Below are positions 30,860-41,400 of a stretch of 64,000 bases of DNA, piece after piece (the stretch's first letter is position 1; every line of letters begins with the position of its first letter). The DNA comes from Paramoeba atlantica (taxonomy: Eukaryota; Protista; Discosea): the NCBI GenBank assembly GCA_977017575.1, contig CDRNVI010000037.1, positions 1-64,000 of the forward strand, written 5' to 3'. Position numbers and translations under genes: made by a program. Below the pieces are notes generated by a model. The model was not told where the DNA came from. It searched no databases and was given only the letters and a program-made list of their open reading frames with translations.

Positions 30860-32605
30860 ATGGCTTCTGATGCAAGTACAACCCGAACGGGATCCTCCGA
30901 GGGATGGGGAGCTGATGCTCTGCAGCGATTTACAAACCACTATGTCCCTCAAAATTTAGTTGTTAGACAACTTGAAATGGGGGCACTTCTTGGGTTCGCC
31001 CAAATGAGCTGTTGCAAGATTTGTCACTCAAAAGAGAAATGTTCCGTAGGGAAAAGTAAGAAATCCCGAAATGTTAAGAATAAAGATGAAGGTTTGTGTG
31101 CTCCGTGCACAGAGGCCCGAAAGCACCTCTTTTCTGTCTGCGGCAAAGACTCTGTAGAAGGTGCCGACGTACACAAAAATACTTTAAAAGCGCAATGTCG
31201 AGTTCTTCATCTTGCGGCTTTTCCAGGCAGTGGAAAAACAATGCTACTACAAAAACTGGAAGACTATAAACGTGCTTATCGCTCCCACGAAAGAAAATGT
31301 GTAGAAGAAAAGAAAAAACATGCTCAGATTGATCTCGAGACGTCATCGTTGCGAGACGCAGACCATATAGAAATTATGTCTTGTGCAGCGAAATCTTGGT
31401 CATGTGTGCTGCAAACTTTACTTCAAAAAATTGATATTCAAGCCGAGTCACATCGTGGAAAACTTTCAGCGAAGCTCCAGGGAGATAAACTACGTGACGC
31501 TATAGTAGATAAATTAGAAGAATATAGTGGACTTATCATACTTGATGAAATTGATACCGTTCTTACTATGGGATCTCACATAGGTTACTCTCATCCCACA
31601 CGAAAACGTAGCAGCAGCCAAAGTCAAGCTGAGTCCTGTCACAATCATTTTGAGTTTCTTATCAGTGCCTTGAGTCGATTTAAGAGCTGGACGCGCGTGG
31701 GGGTTGTACTCATATCCAACAATGTAAACATCCACCCCAGTGCTGTGATCCGTCCCTCAATTCGCACGAGCGTATACACTATGCTGCTACGTGCGTACGA
31801 AAAGGAGGAAATTCAAAAAATTATTTTAGAACGCTGTGCGGGTGAGGCCATTTTCGAAGAATCCGCTCTTGCCTACGTCACCTCGCTGGGTAACGACATT
31901 CGCAGGCTACTCACCATTATTCTAAACGCCATGCTGCGTGTACGGGATGCCCAATCCGTGGTGTGTCCATCGAATACGGATGTCACAAATCACAAAAAAT
32001 CGAAATCCCCTCCCTACTTACGCAAACTTAAGATTACGGACATTGTGGAGTCGTGTTCCGGGCAAGGGGACATTACGCTACGACAAGTTCGTACCGCGTT
32101 GCGTGCACTGAGTCCAGAGTTACAACTTTTGTTGGTCGGGATGATTGCACTTCAACAGGGGTGTGAATGCCCCACGGTCACGGCTGCACAACTCTATGGG
32201 TGGGTATCCACACAGGGCACCGCAGCCACCCAACTTACGGAACTCACCAATGTGACACAATTTTGTAACGCGTTACATTCGTTGTGTGACTTAAGCTTGT
32301 TACGTAGCAGTGGGCTACGGGGGAATGGAAGTCAAATGTTTATGGCCTCCCTAAATAAAAAAGGAGCGGCCCCCGGAAAGGGTATTATGGGAACGAGTGG
32401 GCATCACTGTCGACTTCACCTCTCGTTTGATCTCCGTGTGTTGACCACCGCGATGCGACACCTGATGATGGGAAGTGGAATCCCGGAGAGTGTGGCGGGT
32501 GGCGAACCCGTGCTTCGATCAGCCGGTTCTGATTTTGTGGTGTTCCGCGCCACAGAGGGGTATTGGGGGAGTAAAGAGAGTAAAAAAGGGGGTAGGGGGT
32601 TATAG
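30860..32605 (+). CDS. ORC1/CDC6-family AAA+ ATPase
   Basis: Walker A FPGSGKT, Walker B IILDEID, LISNN, LRAYEKEEIQKIILER, NDIRRLL, and a C-terminal winged-helix-like region. Confidence 0.82.
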   Translation: MASDASTTRTGSSEGWGADALQRFTNHYVPQNLVVRQLEMGALLGFAQMSCCKICHSKEKCSVGKSKKSRNVKNKDEGLCAPCTEARKHLFSVCGKDSVEGADVHKNTLKAQCRVLHLAAFPGSGKTMLLQKLEDYKRAYRSHERKCVEEKKKHAQIDLETSSLRDADHIEIMSCAAKSWSCVLQTLLQKIDIQAESHRGKLSAKLQGDKLRDAIVDKLEEYSGLIILDEIDTVLTMGSHIGYSHPTRKRSSSQSQAESCHNHFEFLISALSRFKSWTRVGVVLISNNVNIHPSAVIRPSIRTSVYTMLLRAYEKEEIQKIILERCAGEAIFEESALAYVTSLGNDIRRLLTIILNAMLRVRDAQSVVCPSNTDVTNHKKSKSPPYLRKLKITDIVESCSGQGDITLRQVRTALRALSPELQLLLVGMIALQQGCECPTVTAAQLYGWVSTQGTAATQLTELTNVTQFCNALHSLCDLSLLRSSGLRGNGSQMFMASLNKKGAAPGKGIMGTSGHHCRLHLSFDLRVLTTAMRHLMMGSGIPESVAGGEPVLRSAGSDFVVFRATEGYWGSKESKKGGRGL

Positions 32606-32866
32606 GGAATCCAGATGCTGATAATTATGATGGCGTTTGGATGAGATGGTTTAGGGGACAAAATAAATCAAAGTTTTGTGCAACAAGGCGGTACATTGTT
32701 ACAATCTACATTCCAAAATTGCTACTATTTGTAGCAATCTTTGGAATGTACGAATTGTGAGGTTTCCATTTTCTTTTGTTTTAAGGCAAAGACGTTTACC
32801 CAAATCTTTATTTCTTCATTTATCCTTCAGACATCAATTTTAACACTCATTTCTAATCGAAACCAT

Positions 32867-33676
32867 ATGCTTCCTCTGACCCTTCTCCCTCTTCTTACCC
32901 GTGACGTGCAGGAGCCTCCCACCAAGCGGCAAAAGACCCAACCCTCCCCTTCCTACCGCCTTGAAATTGTAAACGCACCCCTCGAGGCGGGTCTGGGGGC
33001 TCAACTTGCGGCGGAGTCCATGCTGGAGAAATTCCTCGAAAACGTGCAAGGCAAACACAAGTCATGGAATTCTAAATATGCAGCCTGCAAGTGGTCTGGG
33101 GTGAAGTGTGACAAGTACGGCAATGTGCGCAACATTGACTGGGGCAAATACCCCCTCGAAGGGACCAACCTGACCTGGGGGTATCTGCCCTCTACGCTCA
33201 CCCACCTGGACATGGACGGGAAGAAACGTAAAAAGTACGTCCCTGCCCCGATGTTGCGTGGGGAGGTTCCCTCTGCGGCACTCCCTCGGTCGTTGGTCAA
33301 GCTTCGCATCGGGCACAATGCGTTCAGCGGGGTGTTTGATCTGACCAATCTCCCGGTGGGGTTAAAAAAGCTAACTTTGCGGAACAACGCGTTTGAAGGT
33401 CCGTGTGATTTTACGCAGCTTCCTGTGGCAATGAAAAAGCTGTACTTGTCGCATAATTTGTTTTCGGGGCCTGTTGATGTGACTAAATTGCCACAGAACA
33501 TGAAGAAATTGGATTTGGAGCATAATTTGTTTGTTGGGGAGGTAGACGTAAAAACTCTTCCCAAAGGGCTGAAGCTGCTTAATTTGTTGCAGAATAATTT
33601 CACTTCGATCTCGCGGCCTATTCCAAGTGTTGTGAAAGTTGATATCGATTTAAAGGAGAAAGACCGTTTGCCGTGA
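32867..33676 (+). CDS. LRR family protein
   Basis: SWNSKYAACKWSGVKC cap plus LRRs; ATG 32867. Confidence 0.85.
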   Translation: MLPLTLLPLLTRDVQEPPTKRQKTQPSPSYRLEIVNAPLEAGLGAQLAAESMLEKFLENVQGKHKSWNSKYAACKWSGVKCDKYGNVRNIDWGKYPLEGTNLTWGYLPSTLTHLDMDGKKRKKYVPAPMLRGEVPSAALPRSLVKLRIGHNAFSGVFDLTNLPVGLKKLTLRNNAFEGPCDFTQLPVAMKKLYLSHNLFSGPVDVTKLPQNMKKLDLEHNLFVGEVDVKTLPKGLKLLNLLQNNFTSISRPIPSVVKVDIDLKEKDRLP

Positions 33677-34181
33677 TTAAATAGAGCGGCAATGGATATC
33701 CATGGAGCTAGCTTTTAAATTATTTTTTTAAATATTTTTACTGCTTTCTACTGCTGATTTATTGATTTGATAGTGGACACAATTAAAACAATACAAAGTT
33801 AAACCACACTACTATACTTTTTTTTCACTAAACATGTTTTTCGACACGATATTTCCTCTCAATTAGTCCTACCCAATGTACAATGCAAAATATCTTTGAT
33901 ACCAACGTTATTGGACAATAGCCATGCTCATATAGACCGATTTGTGTGTGCATCTCTCTTATCTTTTTATTTTTGTGCAGTAACTCGCAGGTTTTTATGG
34001 TATTTGAAACGCAATTTAATGTACGATGGTTAGTTTTCCAAAAACGTTGCATACGAACCTAGCCCGTACGGGGGACTACAGTAAAATTGTACAGTAGATT
34101 CTACAAAACTACTGTATAAAATTTATACTTTAGCGGTTGTAAATATTTTATCTAGATCATTTGCCCAAAGCTGCTACCGAG

Positions 34182-34889
34182 ATGATTATTTCCAACATGC
34201 TAACCACGTGGGAATCTCCGGATTCATCTTCCGTCTCTCGCCTCGGTAGAATAAATAGAATTACGTTTTCTCCCGAACTTCAGCTTTATAAGTTTTTGCA
34301 AAACGTGACTCACCCAGAGTACAATTGGAACCTGACAACTCCCATAGACAAATGAGAAGGAGTCGCCTGTGATCAATCGGGGCAAGTCAAAGAAATTGTG
34401 TGGACAGCAAAGCGCTTGAAAGGCGCACTCTCATGGAGATTCTTGCCATGCCAGCTCACAATGCTCAAGATTTCAGAGAACCAATTTAGTCAAGCAATGG
34501 AGTACACGGCGCTGCCTGATTCCTTGCAGACTTTGTACGGTAGTGAATGCGGCTTTCATGGAGAGCTTCCCCTTAATCTTCTTCCGCGAACCCTGGATAC
34601 TCTGTCCTTATTTGACAACGAACTAAACGGGACCCTTGTGTTGCAGGACTTACCACCACAAATTCGCAATGTGTGGCTTCACGAGAATAAGCTCTCTGGT
34701 GAGATATTTTTTCATAATTTACCTCATCCTTTGGAAATGCTCTACCTGCACTACAATAAGTTTGATGCAGAAGTTGATGTATCAATTTTACCTCAGAGAA
34801 CGAACGAGGTTTTTTTGCATGGCGATGAACTTTTTATTCGAGGTTTCCATCTAGCACAGTCGTGGATGGCCCTGTTTGAGAGACCCTGA
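34182..34889 (+). pseudogene. LRR family gene with in-frame TGA
   Basis: ORFs 34161-34355 and 34398-34889 are in the same frame. TGA 34353-34355 sits at the W of W-E-G-V-A-C. Confidence 0.8.
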
Positions 34890-35186
34890 TTGAAATGTTC
34901 TAGTCTAATAATAAAGCAAATAATATTCCCAGTCGCGTGGTAATCCTTGCGATGTCCACAACCGTGATATGATATTGAAATGTTCTAGCCTAATAAAATA
35001 TACTCTCTAAAAAATTCATTTTTATCCACTTCCTCTCCTTTGTTTGCCAGCCATCTTCGATCGTTAGATTAAGCACGACGATTATTCTCAATTTTTAAGA
35101 AGTCATGACTTTAAGGTCTACTCTTTTGTAAATTAACTGTTCTTATACCATTACTGCATCCTCAATTTCATAGGCTCCGGGACGGA

Positions 35187-36446
35187 ATGGAGACTCCCTT
35201 TCCTATGTCGGAGCATCTGTTACATGCAGCCCCTTTTCTTGTCATTGTCGCCATGGCACTGTGCGTGATTTATGTGGGCGCGTGGCGTAGTGTTGAAAGC
35301 GCTTCTCATCCCGATACAGAGCAAATGGATCACAACTCTGCACTTCGTTTTCCCGTCGTTGGTAGTGTCGTTCTACTCTCACTGTACGTGGCCTATCGCT
35401 ACCTACCGAAATATTATCTAAATCTACTTCTCTCCGGGTACTTTTGTTTTCTGGGCGTTTTTGCTGTTACCGAGACGTGTCGTCCATGGCTCGGAGAAAA
35501 TAAAGGTCCCGAAATTATTGCCGTCCTGCTCTGCGGGTATCATTTTCTGTACCCCCACTGGTTGCTCAACAATGGCCTGGGCCTGTGTTTCTCCCTAACG
35601 GCTCTAGAGGTGATTACAGTGGGAAGTACCCAAATAGGAGTTCTGCTGCTTTCCTTGTTGTTTTTTTACGATATCTTTTGGGTGTTCGGCACAGAGGTGA
35701 TGGTGTCTGTGGCCACGCAGGTGGAGGGTCCAATAAAGCTAATGGTACCAAAGTCGCTTTCCCCGGAGGCTACTGCCGCATTTCACATGCTTGGGTTAGG
35801 GGACATAGTTCTCCCTGGGCTGTTTATCTCTCTAATGCTCCGTTTCGATCGGAGCTTGGCCCATGTGGATGCAAATGAAACAAAGACAGTTAAAAAGTCC
35901 TCGCGAGCTGGGCGCAAACTTCAGAAAACGTCACCGCCTCACAATTCGTACTTTACGACCGCAATGGTGTGTTACGTCGGCGGGCTGATTCACACCATCT
36001 GCTCCATGTTTCTTCATGAAAGAGCCCAACCCGCTCTTCTGTACTTAGTACCTTGGACAGTAGGCGGCGTATGTGCACTTGCAATGCTTCGTGGAGAATT
36101 ATCCGAGTGGTGGAGTTATACAGAAATGGAGGTCGAAGATGAAGGTTTGAAAAAAACAAACTATGATCGTTTGAAACAGTTTCTGGGTGTGGAACCCACG
36201 AAAACGGGAAACAAGAAATCTACGTCTTCTGAAGTTGATATGGACGATGCGAGAATTGATTCCAGGCAGACGAGTTCCGAGAAAGAGCTGCAAAAACCGA
36301 AAAAAACAACGACTGGCAGCTCCTCTGTTACGCGTACAAAAACATTGAAAAGGTCGAGTTCTACGACTCGTAAGAGCTCACGTCGAAGCGCAAGCAAGGC
36401 TTCAAGAACGTCATCTGTCGCTCGCAAAAAAACTACGCTTACGTGA
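35187..36446 (+). CDS. SPP: Signal peptide peptidase (A22B presenilin-type aspartyl protease)
   Basis: FFYDIFWVFGT, LGLGDIVLPG, QPALLYLVP; multiple TM segments. Confidence 0.95.
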   Translation: METPFPMSEHLLHAAPFLVIVAMALCVIYVGAWRSVESASHPDTEQMDHNSALRFPVVGSVVLLSLYVAYRYLPKYYLNLLLSGYFCFLGVFAVTETCRPWLGENKGPEIIAVLLCGYHFLYPHWLLNNGLGLCFSLTALEVITVGSTQIGVLLLSLLFFYDIFWVFGTEVMVSVATQVEGPIKLMVPKSLSPEATAAFHMLGLGDIVLPGLFISLMLRFDRSLAHVDANETKTVKKSSRAGRKLQKTSPPHNSYFTTAMVCYVGGLIHTICSMFLHERAQPALLYLVPWTVGGVCALAMLRGELSEWWSYTEMEVEDEGLKKTNYDRLKQFLGVEPTKTGNKKSTSSEVDMDDARIDSRQTSSEKELQKPKKTTTGSSSVTRTKTLKRSSSTTRKSSRRSASKASRTSSVARKKTTLT

Positions 36447-36768
36447 CCTCACCACTCGTGAAAACACAGCTGATACAGTAATTTATCGTTGAATTATTAG
36501 CTGTAACGAAAAAATAATGGATCGTAGCAAAAGAGAGCTGCTGGCAGCTGTGAGGACATTTCGGTATTGAGATTTTTATCGAAATATTAATAGGTTATTA
36601 GCAGGCTATTAATAGGTAGGTTATTTATGGTGTTTTTATTTTGCCTTCCAAGTAGCCAGAGAAGGAACATTCAATTAATTACTTCGCAAAACAACATATT
36701 TACATAGGTTCGCTATAGTTTTCTTTTACGCTCTTAATCCGAAAAATACATCGCCTGCTACAACGAGT

Positions 36769-37596
36769 ATGTCATCCTTCAAAATAGTTTGCTTGTCTTT
36801 TCTTATGCGAAGTCTTATAGCACCAGACTACACCTCAAGTGCTCGTCGCGGGAAACTTACCAACGTCGAGCTACCTGACGAGTTGCTTATGGAAAGACTT
36901 ATTGTCGATGTGGACAACGCCCCGACTTCTTGGTCCCTTCAAGGAAGAACTTTCTTTGGATGCACGTACTCCGTATCCATATGTTCCTGGGAGGGGGTGC
37001 AGTGTAATTCTCATCACCAGGTGGAGTCAGTGCGATGGAGTCGTTTTGACCTGCGAAGGTATCTTGCTGGAACGATGCGTCTGAGTACACTTCCGTCGAC
37101 GGTGGTTTACTTCAGCGTTGTCGGTCATTTAGCACTTCAGGGAACGGTACGGACCTCGACCTTGCCAAATAACGTTACAAGACTGTTTTTGGGTGATAAT
37201 GCCTTCAATAGCTCATTCGATTTATCAACTCTTCCACTGAAATTACAGCATTTAAAAGTGCAAGGAAACGCTTTTTCAGGGAGTATTGATCTTTGCCACA
37301 TGCCAACCAGACTAGTGCAACTATTCCTGCATAATAATGCGTTCACCGGCGGATTATTGTTCGAGTCTCTACCACTTAGCCTTCGACGTCTAAATTTGAG
37401 TGGAAATTATTTTGAAGGGGTAGTGGACTTAACGCCTTTAATGAATCGTGCACAACAAAACTCCACCATACATGTTTACCTTCAAAATAATTTTCTTAAA
37501 GCCAACAAAGTCATAAGCTCATTACCCAATTCGGTATATTTTTTTCCTCAGAGAAAAGCAGTTGAACTAACAAACGAAAGGTGTGAGAAATACTAA
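36769..37596 (+). CDS. LRR family protein
   Basis: RRGKL...ICSWEGVQC cap plus LRRs. Confidence 0.85.
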   Translation: MSSFKIVCLSFLMRSLIAPDYTSSARRGKLTNVELPDELLMERLIVDVDNAPTSWSLQGRTFFGCTYSVSICSWEGVQCNSHHQVESVRWSRFDLRRYLAGTMRLSTLPSTVVYFSVVGHLALQGTVRTSTLPNNVTRLFLGDNAFNSSFDLSTLPLKLQHLKVQGNAFSGSIDLCHMPTRLVQLFLHNNAFTGGLLFESLPLSLRRLNLSGNYFEGVVDLTPLMNRAQQNSTIHVYLQNNFLKANKVISSLPNSVYFFPQRKAVELTNERCEKY

Positions 37597-38073
37597 GCAT
37601 ACAGTTCTTCTTAAGCGCTCAAGTGCTTTTTTTCCTCACCCCAGGGAAAGAGGCATCTAATTTAAAGTAACTCAATGCCAACGAATTCCAAAGAAAATCA
37701 AAGCTATGCGCACAAGGCGATCCCGTAATGAACCATTACGGTCCAACCACAGTTCATTTCGGGATATTCGTAACAAAACCCTCCATCAAAATCATTGGTC
37801 ATGATTTCACTCGTACCTGAGAATGTCAAAAGGTGAAAATGTTAAAAAAGACTCTAAAGTATCATACTTCAAATACATACTTTAAGTATGCATTTCGCAA
37901 GAAGCGGAAACGAAAAAGAATGAAAACAACTATTACTTATTAGTAGTACTTATTTATTATTTAAAAAGTGCGCAAACTTCGCTCAGTTTCGCTCAATTCC
38001 ACCTGCAAGAGTGTTTTACGCTTTTTACGTGGGCGCCAGTTAGCAGCTATTAATTTCCTTTATTACTCTTCCT

Positions 38074-38404
38074 ATGGACACACCAATAAGCATAAAAGCT
38101 CATCGGATTCGCGGCGCAGTCCTACCCATAGAATACGAGTTGCAGACTTTTCTCTCTCTTACTACGAATCCACCCCCGAGTTGGAATGTCTCCAATCCGT
38201 TGGCCTCCTGGAAGGGAATTCAGAAATATCAATCGAATCCTATCTCAGATGAGATCTTCGGTCTAAATTCGTATAAATTTAAGCTCTCTGGAAAATTAAA
38301 CTGGAGCGCTCCTCCTCGAGGGCTTCATTATCTTAATATGTCTGACAATGGCCTTACGGGACCTGTAGATTTCGCGTATCTCCCTGGGTGTCTTAAGGAA
38401 TTGT
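38074..38404 (+). pseudogene. 5' half of LRR gene interrupted by retrotransposon
   Basis: HRIRGAVLPIEYEL...WNVSNPLASWKGI cap; the LRR pattern stops at LKEL (38404). Confidence 0.8.
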
Positions 38405-38405
38405 T

Positions 38406-38434
38406 AATAAAGATACAGTTTCTGTACCTTGTTG
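38406..38434 (+). other. Spliced-leader-like exon sequence at the retrotransposon 5' end
   Basis: AATAAAGATACAGTTTCTGTACCTTGTTG contains the core GATACAGTTTCTGTAC of the T. cruzi SL and ends in TTG. It is not followed by a GT donor, so it is not an SL RNA gene. Confidence 0.8.
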
Positions 38435-38474
38435 AATTATTTTTCAATTTTGTACTAAACGTATCTTCCGGAGC

Positions 38475-41400
38475 ATGGCCTCCAATGACCCCTTACCTGC
38501 TCCTGTCGCGCACGACGACCTCCCTCGAGGATCTGTCAGCGCGAGGCGACACAGTCAAGCGTTTCACTTTAGCAGAAGTCGCGCAGTATCTATGAAGCTG
38601 CGCTTATCAGAAAGCACACTCTGGTCTTACTTTCCTGACACACATGCAGCAGCTGTTTTCCTTACCGAAAAGAGTTTATTCTCGAGCGTACACACGGCTG
38701 AAGCTTCCCTCGGTAAGACCCTCCGAACAGGAGCCAAAAGAGATGATGGCTTAGTCATCGAGAAATGCAACCTGCAAGAAGTTATCGATCATGAAGCATG
38801 TGACTACGTGGAGTACCGAGAAATACAGGACCCCCATCGAATCTTCCGGCACGCGAGCTGGGCCTCAGCGTACAGCGACGAACACTTGGATCTTTGTTCT
38901 CACTATGCCTCCGCTCAGACATTTGGAAAGGCAGTTCTGAAGAAACTAAATGGGTGCAACGTACCCGGTCTATCCCATCTTTCAGTACGACATATAGCCC
39001 CTGTTAACCAGACGGAGAACCAGTCTTGGAACCGATGTTCAATCACATTCGACGCCCCTTACAAAATCAGAGCCGGTGATCACTCCCTACCACTCCTCAA
39101 CAAACCCGACAAAACTCCCATGCCCTGTGCCCATCGATGCCGCAATAAAGCAACATGCCTACATCCATGCTGCAAAATTATCGACACGACACCTGCCACC
39201 GCAGACCCAACCTTAACAGACGATGTACCTTTCACCCAACCAATGACGACAGTCAACCCAAGCACTCCTGTCATGAATCCTGAAAGACGTCCCTGTCGGC
39301 ACACATGTCGAGACAAACAGGCATGTGGACATATATGCTGCAAAGTGGGAGTACTCGTTGAACAGAGTACGTCTACGCACACACATCATGAGGCGCCATC
39401 CAGAGCGGGAGTTCCTCATAACCACTTCCCTCCTCCCTTAGTTAACACCCGTAACCACCCCGCTACGCCGTCTGCAGGAATAGAGAGCCCGGGGTCCGGC
39501 GATTCTCGTGCACCCCCATCACCAATACCAACCAATCCTGAGCACGTGAACCTGCGCAACTCGACATCCAACATCCAGTACCGTCCGTGCCTGCACCAGT
39601 GTAGTGACAAAACGATGTGTAAACATCAATGTTGCAAAACTGGGGTTCGTGTCTCCCCAGAGGAGGCAACGAACGCGAGATGGTCACTAAGGGGTCTTCT
39701 TCCCTGGCCTAACCAAAGTTCCAATGCCCCGATAACGACGAGGGCCTCGTCAACGGAGAGAAATATCACAGCTGAGACCCTTCGAGACGACGGAAATAGG
39801 CAAAGACAAATCCAGCAAATGGAACACCCAACAAGTAATACAGGACGCGAAACCGGGCTCCCAGAAAGCACACCTCAAAGTACCAGTAGCGGAGTACTGC
39901 AAGGAGAACGACGCCGTCCATGTGCGCATAAATGCAATGACAAGACACAATGCAAGCACGATTGTTGTAAAAAGGGGGTGCTTCTTAAAGCTGGAGAGAT
40001 GGTCTGCTCTGCGCTACTATGGACAGCGCGTGGACTCGCTGGTATCCCAGACAACCCTCCGATAGCGCGCGATGCTCCCGTGACGCAGTCAACTGTTCGA
40101 ACCGAATCAACAGAGTCCACGAGAAGGATAAATCACACTCGGGTGAATCCCGGTGAATTCCCAGTGTATGTAATTCCTAAGTCTCCCGAACAGCAACAGG
40201 TGCAGGAAACCACGGAAGTTCCCCTTCCATTACCTCTATCAGCCCCCGATACCTCCCTAGCAACACTGCTCCCAGAAACAGTCCTCCGAGCAACGGCTCC
40301 CGATACGACACCTGCGCAAGAATACCAAACAATACTTCAGAGAGTCGCACGAGCTCATGAAGCTACCGAGAGTTCTACACCTACGCCCTCTGAGCTTGAC
40401 ATTCTGTTGCGGACATCACGCACTATTGCGGGGGGCCGCGCACTGGTGCGCTTCAATGACCAGCAGTGGAGCCAGGTATTATCAAAGATTGAGGTGCGCT
40501 GTAGGGAGTTCCTGCGACCTGCAACGAACGCGGACGATGCACTGCTTAAAGCGGATATACTATCGGCCATACTGTCGGTGTCTGTCTTCGAAATCGCTCA
40601 AGAGATTGACCCTAGGCGAGGTTTCATGCTCCGTACAAACATGGGCCACGCAAAACGCGGATTGCGCCCACTGGCCATAGACAGAACACAAAAACAGCTT
40701 GTTGCACACATTCGCCAACTAAAACGTTCACTTGCCTTCATGCATGGCGCAGAGCGCAACAAGCAGAGAGGGATGATCAAGCAAGCAGAAAAGGCGCTGA
40801 AGTTCTACGAAGAAGAAGCCACTCTTCAGAAACAAGAAATCGAACGCAGATGGGCCCTCACCCGTTTCCAGCGAAATCCCTGGACAGCCGCTGGTATGTG
40901 TCTGGATAGCCATGAGGAAGAGGCGCGTGAACACGGTACAACCTTCCCAACAGCGTCCATGAGTGAAATCGAAACCTTCTTTGCGGAGTCTATGTCTAAA
41001 CCCGAGACCAACTATACCATTCCATCCGACGAGTTCCTTGGCCCACGCCCGCTAGAATCCATGAATTGGACAGAAATTGATGCCGGTACTATTGCTGCTG
41101 CATTGGTCTCGAAACGGGCAGGCGCCGCTCCGGGATCAGACACCGTGACGAATGCACTTCTGAAACGTTGCTCAAGCATCTACATCTATATCGCACAAAT
41201 TTTTAATGATGTCCTTCAATTCGGTATCTGCCCACTTACGTGGAAAACTGCTGTAACCCGACTGATACATAAAGGTGGCGATCCTAAGCGCATCGAAAAT
41301 TGGAGGCCAATTAGCCTCACCAGCTGCCTTGGAAAGCTCTTTCACTCCATTATTGGACACCGAATCCTTCAACACGCCCTGGAGACGAATGCGATCGACA

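Noticed and set aside
38406-38434. SL RNA gene at either SL-like site (also 48550-48576)
   Set aside because: No GT donor after TTG, the 5' AACTAA-type end is missing, and there is no tandem array context.
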